Shown: positions 52,110 through 61,548 of the stretch, one piece after another
Layout: the number at the start of each line of letters is the position of its first letter
Position numbering within the stretch: position 1 is the stretch's first letter
Assembly: GCA_000934665.2 (NCBI GenBank)
Contig: KZ538564.1
Span: 1 to 61,548, forward strand
From: Catajapyx aquilonaris
Lineage: Eukaryota
Length of the DNA: 61,548 nt
Direction: 5' to 3'
Notes under the pieces: model-generated
Databases searched by the model: none
Seen by the model: only the letters and a program-made list of their open reading frames with translations
Told to the model about the DNA's origin: nothing
Position numbers and translations under genes: made by a program

Positions 52110-52416
52110 GATGTTTGGACCACAGGATCACTTTATGTAGCCTAGAGGTGTCATTTAAGCTTCGAAGCTCGTTAACAAGAGAACGGCTGCAAACACAAGA
52201 TATATAACATATCCTGGCGTATATCCAGCCTGAAGTTGGAAGGATTCCAGGTAAACTCAAGGTAAAACACATCCATCTTGGAATTACTGGCACGATAAGC
52301 ACATGGGACAAAGCGAACTTCCCGTTGCCATTGTCTTTGATGAGATGTCAATTGAGCCTGGTTTGTGGTACGAGCCACAGGAATATAAGGTAATATGGTT
52401 TGGCGGGAAAAGGTGA
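52110..52416 (+). pseudogene. Decayed P-element/THAP9-type transposase fragment
   Basis: 52321-52416 reads PVAIVFDEMSIEPGLWYEPQEYKVIWF, resembling the xxxFDEMxI...LxY first catalytic Asp motif. Upstream, frameshifted KLEGFQV and SILELLA segments; stops present. Confidence 0.55.
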
Positions 52417-52541
52417 CGGTAAACTTACATTAAAAGGATCAAAATTATTAATATTATCAAAATTTCTTCTGTTTTTCTACACAGTCAGGCATTTTCTCGA
52501 ACTCCCTTCCCCCTCTTTGCGGCCTACACCCCCACCCTTTC

Positions 52542-52600
<59 letters not shown>
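52542..52600. repeat. (AAT)n microsatellite
   Basis: Read directly from the sequence. Confidence 0.95.
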
Positions 52601-52601
<1 letters not shown>

Positions 52602-54052
52602 GGCAAGATGGGCGCTAATTAAATTTCACCAATGACCCATTCATCCCATTGTCCACCAAATTCAAGAGTGTAAGTCTACTGTGATTTGTATGGCCTCTTG
52701 AACAATGAAGTCATATTTCGCAATGGTGGTCATTCTACGTTCCTTCTGCTTGAACTGGAACACTGGATGGATCCTTTTCATGTAGCTCATGTAGCGCTAG
52801 AACTGCTGTACCAGAGATGGTGAACATAGAGATGGACAAGCCCCTGGTATTTGAATGGGGAGAAATAAAAGCGTGTTTCAGCGCCATCTCTGGATAGTGA
52901 AGTTTCCTACACTGCATGCAGCAGTTTCGGAGCCCGCTTTCAAGGAAGATCATACCACAAAAAAACACTTATATACAGTGCTTTACAGTACAGTACTGCT
53001 TACAGTAGGTTTTCTCGAGCCAAACAATATAAATGCCTGAAAGGGAAGTCGGCTGTATTTATTTATTTATTTTTTGCATTATAATACTGTGTGCGCCAAT
53101 GACAATGTATAAAGGGGCCGACTAGGCAGGTACAGTAATACAAGTCCTCTTGATTTCTATAATATACGCATGATTCTGTACCCATCAGTTTAAGTCACTT
53201 GTGAATGCTGAGAAGTGCTGTTTCAGTCCTTTTACGGAAGGTGTAAATTAACTGAGAGACTTGATTAATTTACTGGCATATACTGTATTAACAGAGTTCA
53301 TAAGAAAATTTAAAGTACTCTCAATACGGATGGTAACAAAAATATTAGGTCTGCCAACACTTATTAGTGTATTTTTCTTGTGCCAGGAAAAAGGTTCCTT
53401 CACTCTTCGTCCGAAACAAACTCGCCCGATGCAAATTCGCCCGATATAGGCCTACCGGTACAGACTTGAGCAGTAGTCCTCCCATCGGCTAATTAATCGG
53501 AATTAAGGTAAACCTACCAATTTATATACCATCTTAAGAAAAAAAAAGGGATTTTGGGTTCTGCACATAACACCCAAGAGAAAATAAGAATGTTACAGAC
53601 ATGTCTGGATAGTCCATTTTGTGCTCTACCTGAATCTGTGTTTTACTTTCTTTAATGTATACTGATTACCGCACAAAGTGAATTTTGCTATCATGCTGCA
53701 TCACGACCCTTTTGTGACACCCTCAATCCAATTTGTGACACCTGTTTTTGTCCATTTTATGACACCCATTTTTTCTTTCTGAATTTTTTAATTTTTATTT
53801 TTATTGTGAAAACGAGTTTTTCCGGTATGATGGCGGTTCTGGATTTTGTCCGAGTCTGGCTCACTCTATCACTGATGATTTTATGCATCTTTCTGAAGAG
53901 TATGTACATTGCACTCCCTATTATCCGTGTTGCAGATTATCCGTGCATCGGAAAAAAGTTCAGTTACGTAGAAATAAAAGTTCCAACAATGTCAATTAGT
54001 CTCGAAAACGCATGAAATACCAAATCTTGACAGCCTAACCAGGGAGCATATA

Positions 54053-54711
54053 CAGGGTGTAACATGACCCCATGCATAAATTTTAAAGGTGGGTAGGGGA
54101 CCCCAAAACAAACATTTTTGACCAATGAACCCACCCTCTAAAAAAATCACCCACCCTCTAAAAAATCATCAAATTTACTGAAATTGATAACTTGTTAGTA
54201 CCCGTGGTACGGTAACAGTTATGTGGTTTGCTGCTACTCTATGGTAGCGTTGTCATGGTAGTGGTGACAAGTAATTGTCTGGTACAATCTGGGTACAATA
54301 CAACAAGTAAAAGTTTGGAAAATAAACAATTCAGTGTTGTTCCATTCAACTCGGGAATCTCTTGTGCGTCGTTGTAGGCTGTGTGTACAAGTGGCTGGAG
54401 GACACTTTCAGCAGCTCCTTTGATTACAGTTTTGTGTTGGGTGCAATAAATGTGGTGGTGAGTTTCATGTCAGCTTTCATTGATTTGTGATGGTGATGAC
54501 TTTTTACAGTACTGTACTAAATTGTCAACACTATACCATGACAACGCTCCTGTTGAGTAGCATCAACCACATAACTGTTATTACAGGTACTAACCAGTTA
54601 GCAATTTCAGTAAATATGCTGATTTTTTTAGAGGGTGGGTTCATTGGTCAAAAATGTTTGTTTTGGGGTCCCCACCTTTAAAATTTATGCATTGGGTCTT
54701 GTTACACCCTG
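54053..54711. mobile_element. Tc1/mariner-type non-autonomous element with ~200-bp TIRs
   Basis: TA|CAGGGTGTAACA...TGTTACACCCTG|TA. The interior at 54361-54423 encodes LVRRCRLCVQVAGGHFQQLL*, a Tc1/mariner transposase-type C-terminus. Confidence 0.85.
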
Positions 54712-54724
54712 TATACTACATATA

Positions 54725-55162
54725 CAGGGTGTATCAAAACTCTACCATAAGCCATGTACCAATGGCATAAGGGGCACCAGAGCATCATTATATGTAGAGG
54801 GGTCATCATCTCTAGGCCGCCTCATTACGGAGATAATTGCCTTCAAACACGTAGTACAAAGTATCCTGGGAGGTATGGAAACCTTCAGCCCCGACATCGC
54901 ATCACTCGTGAAAATAGCAGCTTTTCCATTTATCTACTAGCATGTCGCATGTGTACTGCATGTCGCATGTGATCTGTGACCATTTGTGACAATCTGTGAC
55001 AATCTGTGACAATCACTCTTAGGCCCAATTGCTAAAACGCAAATGATCAATTATCTCAGTAATGAGGCTGCCCAGACATAATGACTCCTCTACATTAATT
55101 GATCCCCTGGTGCCCATTAAGCCATTGGCATATGGCTCATGGTGGAGTTTTGATACACCCTG
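54725..55162. mobile_element. Tc1/mariner-type MITE
   Basis: TA|CAGGGTGTATCAAAACTC...GAGTTTTGATACACCCTG|TA; TIR about 120 bp. Confidence 0.85.
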
Positions 55163-55372
55163 TATGTAGTATATGCTCCCTGGCCTAACATCTTATTTAT
55201 GACAGAGGGTGTCCAGTTGAAGAAAATGCCAGTATAATACAAACGCATAATATATATTTTAATGCTTTTGTCTTTACAGAGAGGGTTTACGTGAAACAAC
55301 ATTAACATTATTGTCTGTATAGTATCTGAGAACCCTCTTGTATTTCTGGAAGATCAGTCTCCCATCTCGTCT

Positions 55373-55666
55373 CTACTTTTCGGGCTTGCCAGGTAGGTGC
55401 TGCTCCTCGGGCAGCTCGTCCTCAGAGTAGAGCTTGTCGGAGAAGTAAACCCTCCTGATGCGGCAGTTAGCGTGTATCTGCACTCGCAGAGTCTCAACGT
55501 AGTTTGATCCAAAGAATTGTTTGGTCAGGTCTGCTAGGTTAAAATGGACTTTGTTCCAACCATCTTTCATCCTCAGAGGTAGGGTACACTTAAACAGATT
55601 TATCCGAGTTGTCGACTGAATGGTGGAAGCTCGAAAGATCCGGTGAGAGTTCATGTCATCCAGGAT
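55373..55666 (-). CDS. CFAP20: CFAP20/Bug22-family protein, terminal coding exon 3
   Basis: ACAG acceptor, then [21 protein letters not shown]...[32 protein letters not shown]...TAG. The spliced product is 189 aa. Confidence 0.95.
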   Translation of the reverse strand: MLDDMNSHRIFRASTIQSTTRINLFKCTLPLRMKDGWNKVHFNLADLTKQFFGSNYVETLRVQIHANCRIRRVYFSDKLYSEDELPEEQHLPGKPEK

Positions 55667-56071
55667 CTGTTGAGAGTGAGAGTGTAAATATCACTATAAT
55701 AATTGTGGATCCTGAAGATAATTGGTTAGTGTTTTGCCATCATTCGGGGAAATTAAATCAAATGCAATATATTGTTGAGTAACAATATCTCGCATCACCA
55801 TGGAAACGCACTTCCAGCTTATGACTATTGTTGGAACTTATTCAGATGTTAAGAATGTGCCGGTACTGCTACAGGATGGGATCCATTGATGTGAACTTAC
55901 AGTTTAATGGATTCTGCCTCAACAATGAAAAAATACATTAATGCTACGCCATCACTTATATGAAATACAATGTTCTGAGAATAGTAAACGGAAATACAGG
56001 TTTCACTGTAGGCCTGTCTAAAGAGCTGAAGCTGTCCTTACGGCAGAAATAGTTCTGACCCAATTACTCAC

Positions 56072-56263
56072 CTCGACTTCAAAGGTGAAGTACTTTTTGA
56101 GGTTCTTGATTATCATTACTAAGAAGGGCAACTCGATACCGAGGCTCTCCTGGTGGTCTGCAGGGCAGGTGATGTAGGCTGAAAATGCGTTCGGGCCTGC
56201 CATCTCCAGAATCGTGGACTGGATATCGCTGTCGGTTATGCGCTTAACTCGCCCATTTCGTAC
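56072..56263 (-). CDS. CFAP20: CFAP20/Bug22-family protein, coding exon 2
   Basis: CTGCAG acceptor, then [16 protein letters not shown]...YITCPAD...[24 protein letters not shown], then a GTGAGT donor. 192 nt, phase 0 at both ends, with diagnostic CFAP20 motifs. Confidence 0.95.
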
Positions 56264-56332
56264 CTGCAGGGATAGGAAAGAAATGATTTTAGTCGTGATG
56301 AAACTGCCGAAGCCGATTGCATTGTCATTCAC

Positions 56333-56416
56333 CCTGATGTCCCAGATGTCCAGTGGCCTGCTGCCCTGTCCATTCAGGATGGACAAGAATGAGTTCTGGT
56401 TGGTATTTCTGAACAT
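56333..56416 (-). CDS. CFAP20: CFAP20/Bug22-family protein, coding exon 1 ([28 protein letters not shown])
   Basis: ATG at 56416. The 28 codons align with the CFAP20 N-terminus ([28 protein letters not shown]) and are followed by a GT donor at 56332. Confidence 0.92.
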
Positions 56417-57049
56417 GACTTATGGGGTTCTTCTGGACGGGTAGACTTCCAAGTTCCAAGCAAGGCGTCTTAGTTTGACGGTGTGGTGTATTCCTCTCGA
56501 GCTGTGCTTTGCCCCTCGTTCGTCTATTCACTCGGTGGGGTTGAGAATAGTGTAAAACCGTGCTGTAAAAGCCTTCTCCCACACCACTGGTCAATAATTA
56601 TCCACAGTGTTGCTCGTAAACATTCGCGAAGGTCGCATTGGAAACCGGCAACAATACGCGATATCAATCAATCACCAGGGTTTATTAATTAGCTGACGTA
56701 AATGAGCAGACGACAAGGAAACTTTCAAATACAATGTAGGCTACACAAAATGTATTGCGTTACAGATAATCGTACAAAAGCTGAAGATTGTATGAAATCG
56801 GAGATTTTTAAAATGTGATCTCCTGTTACAATAGAAATAGGGCCCTTCGACAAAGGTAACAATAAATCCCATTTTTTCACCTAATCTCGGCTAAAAGCCC
56901 ATAACGGACAATCTCTTGGTCCTTCTACTAGCCTGGGTGGGAAAATATGCTGCTTTGATTACCAGGGGCACAGTAGGACCAAATCGAAAAAAGGAACAAT
57001 CCTAAAACTAAATCGTATAACAAAATTACGTAATAGTGACGAAAGTAGG

Positions 57050-57250
57050 TTTTCAGAGGTGGTTTTTGTCGCGGAATTCAAATCTGTTGCTAAAAATGCA
57101 AAATTAAAAATGACGGGTCCAATATGGCGAATGTGTTACTCTAAAACTGCTCACTTTGAACCTAAAATTGGCATTGGAGGATTTCTCTGGTTGTTGAATT
57201 CAAATCTGTTTCTAAAAATGCAAAATTAAAAATGGCGGATCCAATATTGA
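57050..57250. repeat. ~120-bp tandem duplication, transposon subterminal-type
   Basis: GAATTCAAATCTGTT.CTAAAAATGCAAAATTAAAAATG..GG.TCCAATAT occurs twice. Confidence 0.7.
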
Positions 57251-57930
57251 CCTTAGTTATTGAAATTTTTGCCAGAGAAAAGGGCACTTTACAATAATTC
57301 AGCTCCCTTGGCTAGAAATGCTTATCGGTGTCTGACATTCTTATTTGGATGACCAGGCTAGGCCTTCTTTGACTGGAAAAATCGGCATAATTAGTGTACT
57401 TGGGAAAATATAATAGTGATGGGGGACATTTTCCCCAACCCATGTGTTTCGAACCTTGCTTCCCCAATAATTCAACGAGGGGCATATAAAATCCTCACTT
57501 CTCCACGCCTTCCTACTGCCACAAACATAAGCCTGAACCATCTACTTGCAAGTGACAAAAAATTGGCCGCTACTATGTCATCGTCAATGTTACTTTCTTT
57601 GGGGAAAAATTATCCATAAAGTTTCATACTTGAAAGAATGAGAAAGAGTCTATTCTAATCACACTCAAGTGATTTTTTTTTTGCCAATCTTGTTTTGTCC
57701 CCTTCTCCCTCCCACCCTTTTCTAGTCAAGTTCTTAACATGGTTTTATTTTTGGCTGCATACTCGTATACTGCAATTCAATGTCATGTGGCACATGCTTT
57801 AGCCTAATTAATAAGTTAGTTATAATAAACACAAGAAATGAGCAGTATGTACTGGATCCCTTTATATATCATATAAGATGTTTTTCTCGCCGAGTTTGGG
57901 CGCCTTACGGACACAAATTACCTGAAGAGG

Positions 57931-58271
57931 GTGTGGTGGCCGAGATGGTAACGTCTCGGCTTGCTGAGTGAAAGACCCCAGGTTCGATCCCCGCCTGGGA
58001 AACTTTCCTTTCACCTGCGTCAGGAGGGTCTCTGACCTGCACCAAGGAGGTGTCTGGCAACCTAGCCTCCTGGGGAACAGCACATGACCCATAGCTACGA
58101 CATTGCACCTTGCACCCATGTTCCCTCCCCAAAATTCCTTATCCTTTCCCATTGTCCTTGTTTCCTTGCACCGGAGAATGAAGTGAAAATATATATACAG
58201 AAAACTGATGGTGGTATGCCACCCCCCTATAGCTCCCGTCAGGGACATCACGGGGTAAAATAAAATAAAAT
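57931..58271 (+). mobile_element. tRNA-derived SINE, family A, full length
   Basis: Near-identical to 25208-25557; 16-bp TSD AAATTACCTGAAGAGG. Confidence 0.9.
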
Positions 58272-58751
58272 AAATTACCTGAAGAGGCATGGAATTCTGA
58301 TACATTCCCCTGCATATGAAGAACTACATAAAGTGGAAAGCCGCGTTTCCCGCTATCTGTTGCGGTTGAGGCCCTGATACCTGTCAACAGACGGACAGAC
58401 AGAGCCGGTCTAAGGGACTTTTTTCGATGATAAAAAGTCTAAAAAGGGAGCAAGAGGATGCACTGTATTGAGCGCGCCGGATCTGACGTCACTCATATCT
58501 CGAAAATGGCTACGAAGTGTGGGTCTTTACGTTCACCAGTGAATGCTACGCATGTGATTTACCCACTGAGCGATTTTTGTCCAAATCCGTTAGTGCCAAG
58601 TTTGTCAACCTGAGAAAAAGACATATTTGTGTACTCTATTCGAAATTCTTTCTTGGTGAACATGACGTCTCAGATGCAACATACAATCAAGGCACTTGGC
58701 CAGGTGAAATAATAGTGAGCATAATTATATCAATGCTTAATAATAAAAATC

Positions 58752-59205
58752 ACCGAAGCAGTAGTGGTGGAGTGGATATGGTATCCGACTGCTAATCGGG
58801 AGGTCCTGGGTTCGAGTCCCGAAAGACGGCGGTCCTGACCTTGGTTTTCTGTGGTTTTCCAAGGTCGGCCCTGGAAAAATTCAGGGATCGTACCGTAAAA
58901 TAGGCCACAGCCGCTTCCTTCCTTTCCTTTCCTTGTCCTGATGTCCATGAGGAGGTGCGGTGTCTGGTTTCTGACCCGCACCGAGGGGGATTGTCTTGCA
59001 ACCTGACCCCCTGGAGGACTGCACACGACCCCCAAATTTCGGACATCGCACTTGCACCGGTGCCCCCCCCCCCTCACAAATCCCTATCCTGACCCCTACA
59101 CCGGAGAGAAATAATGCCAAGAAAATTTCGCAAGAAAAATGTAACCCACCCCCCTAAAAGGGCTCTGTTCCCTCTAATGGGGTAAAGCTATAATAATAAT
59201 AATAA
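58752..59205 (+). mobile_element. tRNA-derived SINE, family C, full length
   Basis: Head with a GACTGCTAATC (tRNA-Ser GCT-like) arm and GGTTCGAGTCCC B box. Central GGTTTTCTGTGGTTTTCC...GGCCACAGCCGCTTCCTTCC domain typical of arthropod SINEs; (AAT)n tail. Confidence 0.85.
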
Positions 59206-59403
59206 TCATCAGCATCATCAGCATCATCATCATCATCATTACGACATTTCCCTGTGAGGGGTAGTCAGCGATGAAGGGAGACGCAAGCTAACCCAACATA
59301 TGAACTAAATTCAAACTTGCGAAAATAAACCTATAAACAACCCATCCCACCCCCCACCCCTGCCCATCACAGATGACAAACACTGAATATTAAATTTAAA
59401 TAT

Positions 59404-59725
59404 ATATTTTTTTGCATTACCCCATCGGGATTTACCATATATCCTTTAGGGGGGTGGACCATCGGAAATTGGAGCCAGATAAGATCTTATTTAATTACTC
59501 CAGGGTCGGTAGGAGGGGATGTGCAAAGTGCAAGTGCAATGTCTCTAACGGTCATTTTGTGAACTCCCCCGGGTGGCTTAGTCTATCGGAAATTGCCACC
59601 CGAAATGAAGCCAGAGATGGCCCAACTCTGCACGGATAAAGGTGGGAACCCCGGGTGGGGATCGAACCCGGGACCTTAATATCCGTGGGCGCGAGCGTTA
59701 CCGCTTCGCCACTTCACCTCCCCAT
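59404..59725 (-). mobile_element. tRNA-derived SINE, family B, nested in the RTE 3' region
   Basis: Homologous to 151-491; 14-bp TSD TTAAATTTAAATAT. Confidence 0.85.
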
Positions 59726-60265
59726 TTAAATTTAAATATTACACTATGCAATACGGTACTTCACCAAATCAAGCCNNNNNNAGCCCCCCCCCCCCCCGCC
59801 ACCAGCCACTACTCCGGGCGCCCCGGCCACGCCGACGTGTATGGAACCACCCTTGCACCTCATCGACCCCGCCAAGGACGTCCCCTCTACTCGCCGGAGC
59901 GAAGGAAGCCTTATCCTCAAACCTATTTACCCATTAATTAACCTACGCCATTTACACCTATCCAAACAAACAACCTTAGCCTCAGCCACGTCCATGGTCC
60001 TATTGACATATGAACGTCTCGGCTTAACACTAGCAACACCCTTAAGACACTGACCCACCTGGTCCAACCATGTCTTCCTAGGCCTACCCTTGCCCCTCTT
60101 ACCAATGACTTCACCCAAATGAACCTTCTTCACAATCTCCTCCTCCTTCATCCTCTCCACACGGCCTATTTAGACCTTAGAGTAGACCTACACACCCTAT
60201 CTTTAACAGTCTCCTTAACATTGCACCTCTGCAAAATCTCCTCATTCCTAATCCTATCCAACTTA

Positions 60266-60722
60266 CAAGGGAACGGTCAGGGTCGGGAACCTCCGATTTG
60301 GCTGAAACTTGCTTGAAGGGTCATTCATATGCGATAGACACAGTGGTGAAAGTTTTAGCTCGCAACGTCCAGCCGTTTCCGAATAAAGAGCTTCTATACC
60401 TAAAATTGGGTAATGGGAACCTATTCAGCTTTATCAAAATTTGTATGACATGTATGAGAGATTATAAAATGTCATACAAATTTTGATAATGCTGAATATA
60501 GGTTCCCATTACGGGGGGAATCAAGGTAGAAGGGATTTGGAGCTGGTAGAGCGGCTCCCGGCAAATGCGCGCAGCCAAAATTCGGATATTTCTGTCGCTC
60601 ATATCTCGGAAACGGCTGGACGTTGCGATCTAAAACTTTCGCCACTGTGTCTATCGCACATGCATGACCCCTCAAGCAAGTTTCAACCAAATCGGAGGTG
60701 CCCGACCCTGACCGTTCCCTTG
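60266..60722. mobile_element. MITE with ~115-bp TIRs and TTA TSD (PIF/Harbinger-like target) inserted in the RTE
   Basis: CAAGGGAACGGTCAGGGTCGG...CCGACCCTGACCGTTCCCTTG with TTA on both sides. Removing it restores the RTE reading GVTKLDRIRNEEI. Confidence 0.85.
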
Positions 60723-61324
60723 TTAGTAACCCCACAAACAGCCCGGAGATAACGCATCTCCTCTTCTATGCCTATCTGACTGACCAAACCCACGCCACGC
60801 TTCACTACCATATATAAGTGAAGGAACAATAACGTGAGAATAGACAGACAACCTACAGGCAGAAGATAAGTCCTTATTTCTAGATCCTATCACTTTCAAC
60901 CCAGAACTAACTCTCCTGTCAATCTCCCCATCCATTCTACCATTACTCTGAAGGACACTACCCAGGTATACAAACTTAGACCCTCATCTGCCATCAAGTG
61001 AGTAGAGATCAGTAAAGAGGGCTCTCTTCTGTATTGCAGATATCTGATTATACTGATATCTAAGTGCCAGCACTCTTCTTTTTAACCTCTTCTTCATGTC
61101 TACTATTCAAGTAAGGTAAATTGGATTGCATGCTAACTTTTTCCTATTGCCTTTCGGTATAGTCTTTTTCAGCTACTCTGATGTGTGTATACCCTTACCG
61201 AAATTTAACCTAGCCGCGAGCTTGCCGCTAGGTCGCCAGAAGCTGGCGAGCTCGCCTCAGGATAGCCGCCACGTCGCGGGACCTCGCGGCTGTCAAAATA
61301 TTCTCCTGACCTCGTCATGACCTC

Positions 61325-61530
61325 GCGGTCAAGTCTCTATTTCTGACCTCGTCATGACGAGCTAGCCGCTACTTGGCACCGAGCAAGTCATTCCGCGATG
61401 TCAAGTCTCAATTTCTGACCTCGTCCTGACGAGCTAGCCGCTACTTGGCGACGAGCAAGTCATTCCGCGAGGTCAAGTCTCAATTTCTGACCTCGTCATG
61501 ACGAGCTAGCCGCTACTTGGCGCCGAGCAA
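61325..61530. repeat. 72-bp tandem repeat, about 3 copies
   Basis: TCTGACCTCGTC recurs at 61342, 61414 and 61486. Confidence 0.85.
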
Positions 61531-61548
61531 TTTATTCGAATGTGGGGC

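Larger units (their letters stand above)
59206..60980 (-). mobile_element. Interrupted RTE-clade LINE, same family as 47335-47801
   Basis: Near-identical 3' region to the 47.3-47.8 kb copy, with RT C-terminal motifs (FVYLGS...DGEIDRRV...YGSEAW). Contains frameshifts and is interrupted by a SINE and a MITE. Confidence 0.85.

Noticed and set aside
56609..56621. RFX X-box-like GTTGCTCGTAAAC upstream of CFAP20
   Set aside because: Mismatch to consensus in the 3' half; could easily occur by chance.

Overview
Eukaryotic, repeat-rich animal DNA, probably from an arthropod judging by the SINE, Helitron and MITE types. No prokaryotic features were seen. One complete protein-coding gene is recognisable: a three-exon, unusually divergent CFAP20/Bug22-family gene on the minus strand, join(56416..56333, 56263..56072, 55666..55373), 189 aa. 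There is also an isolated terminal exon of an ER-bound oxygenase mpaB/DUF2236-like gene (46030-46557, +). From about 3.6 to 45 kb no coding exons were recognised; this stretch looks like a long intergenic or intronic regulatory region. The window holds many mobile elements, several with target-site duplications (TSDs): at least four tRNA-derived SINE families sharing core and tail modules, two RTE LINE fragments, two Helitron-type elements, P-, hAT-, Kolobok- and Tc1/mariner-type MITEs (often nested), a decayed P-element transposase, and a two-copy family of ~300-bp spacer-less palindromes. Most ORFs in the supplied track are spurious. All family assignments come from motif recognition by eye, not database searches.
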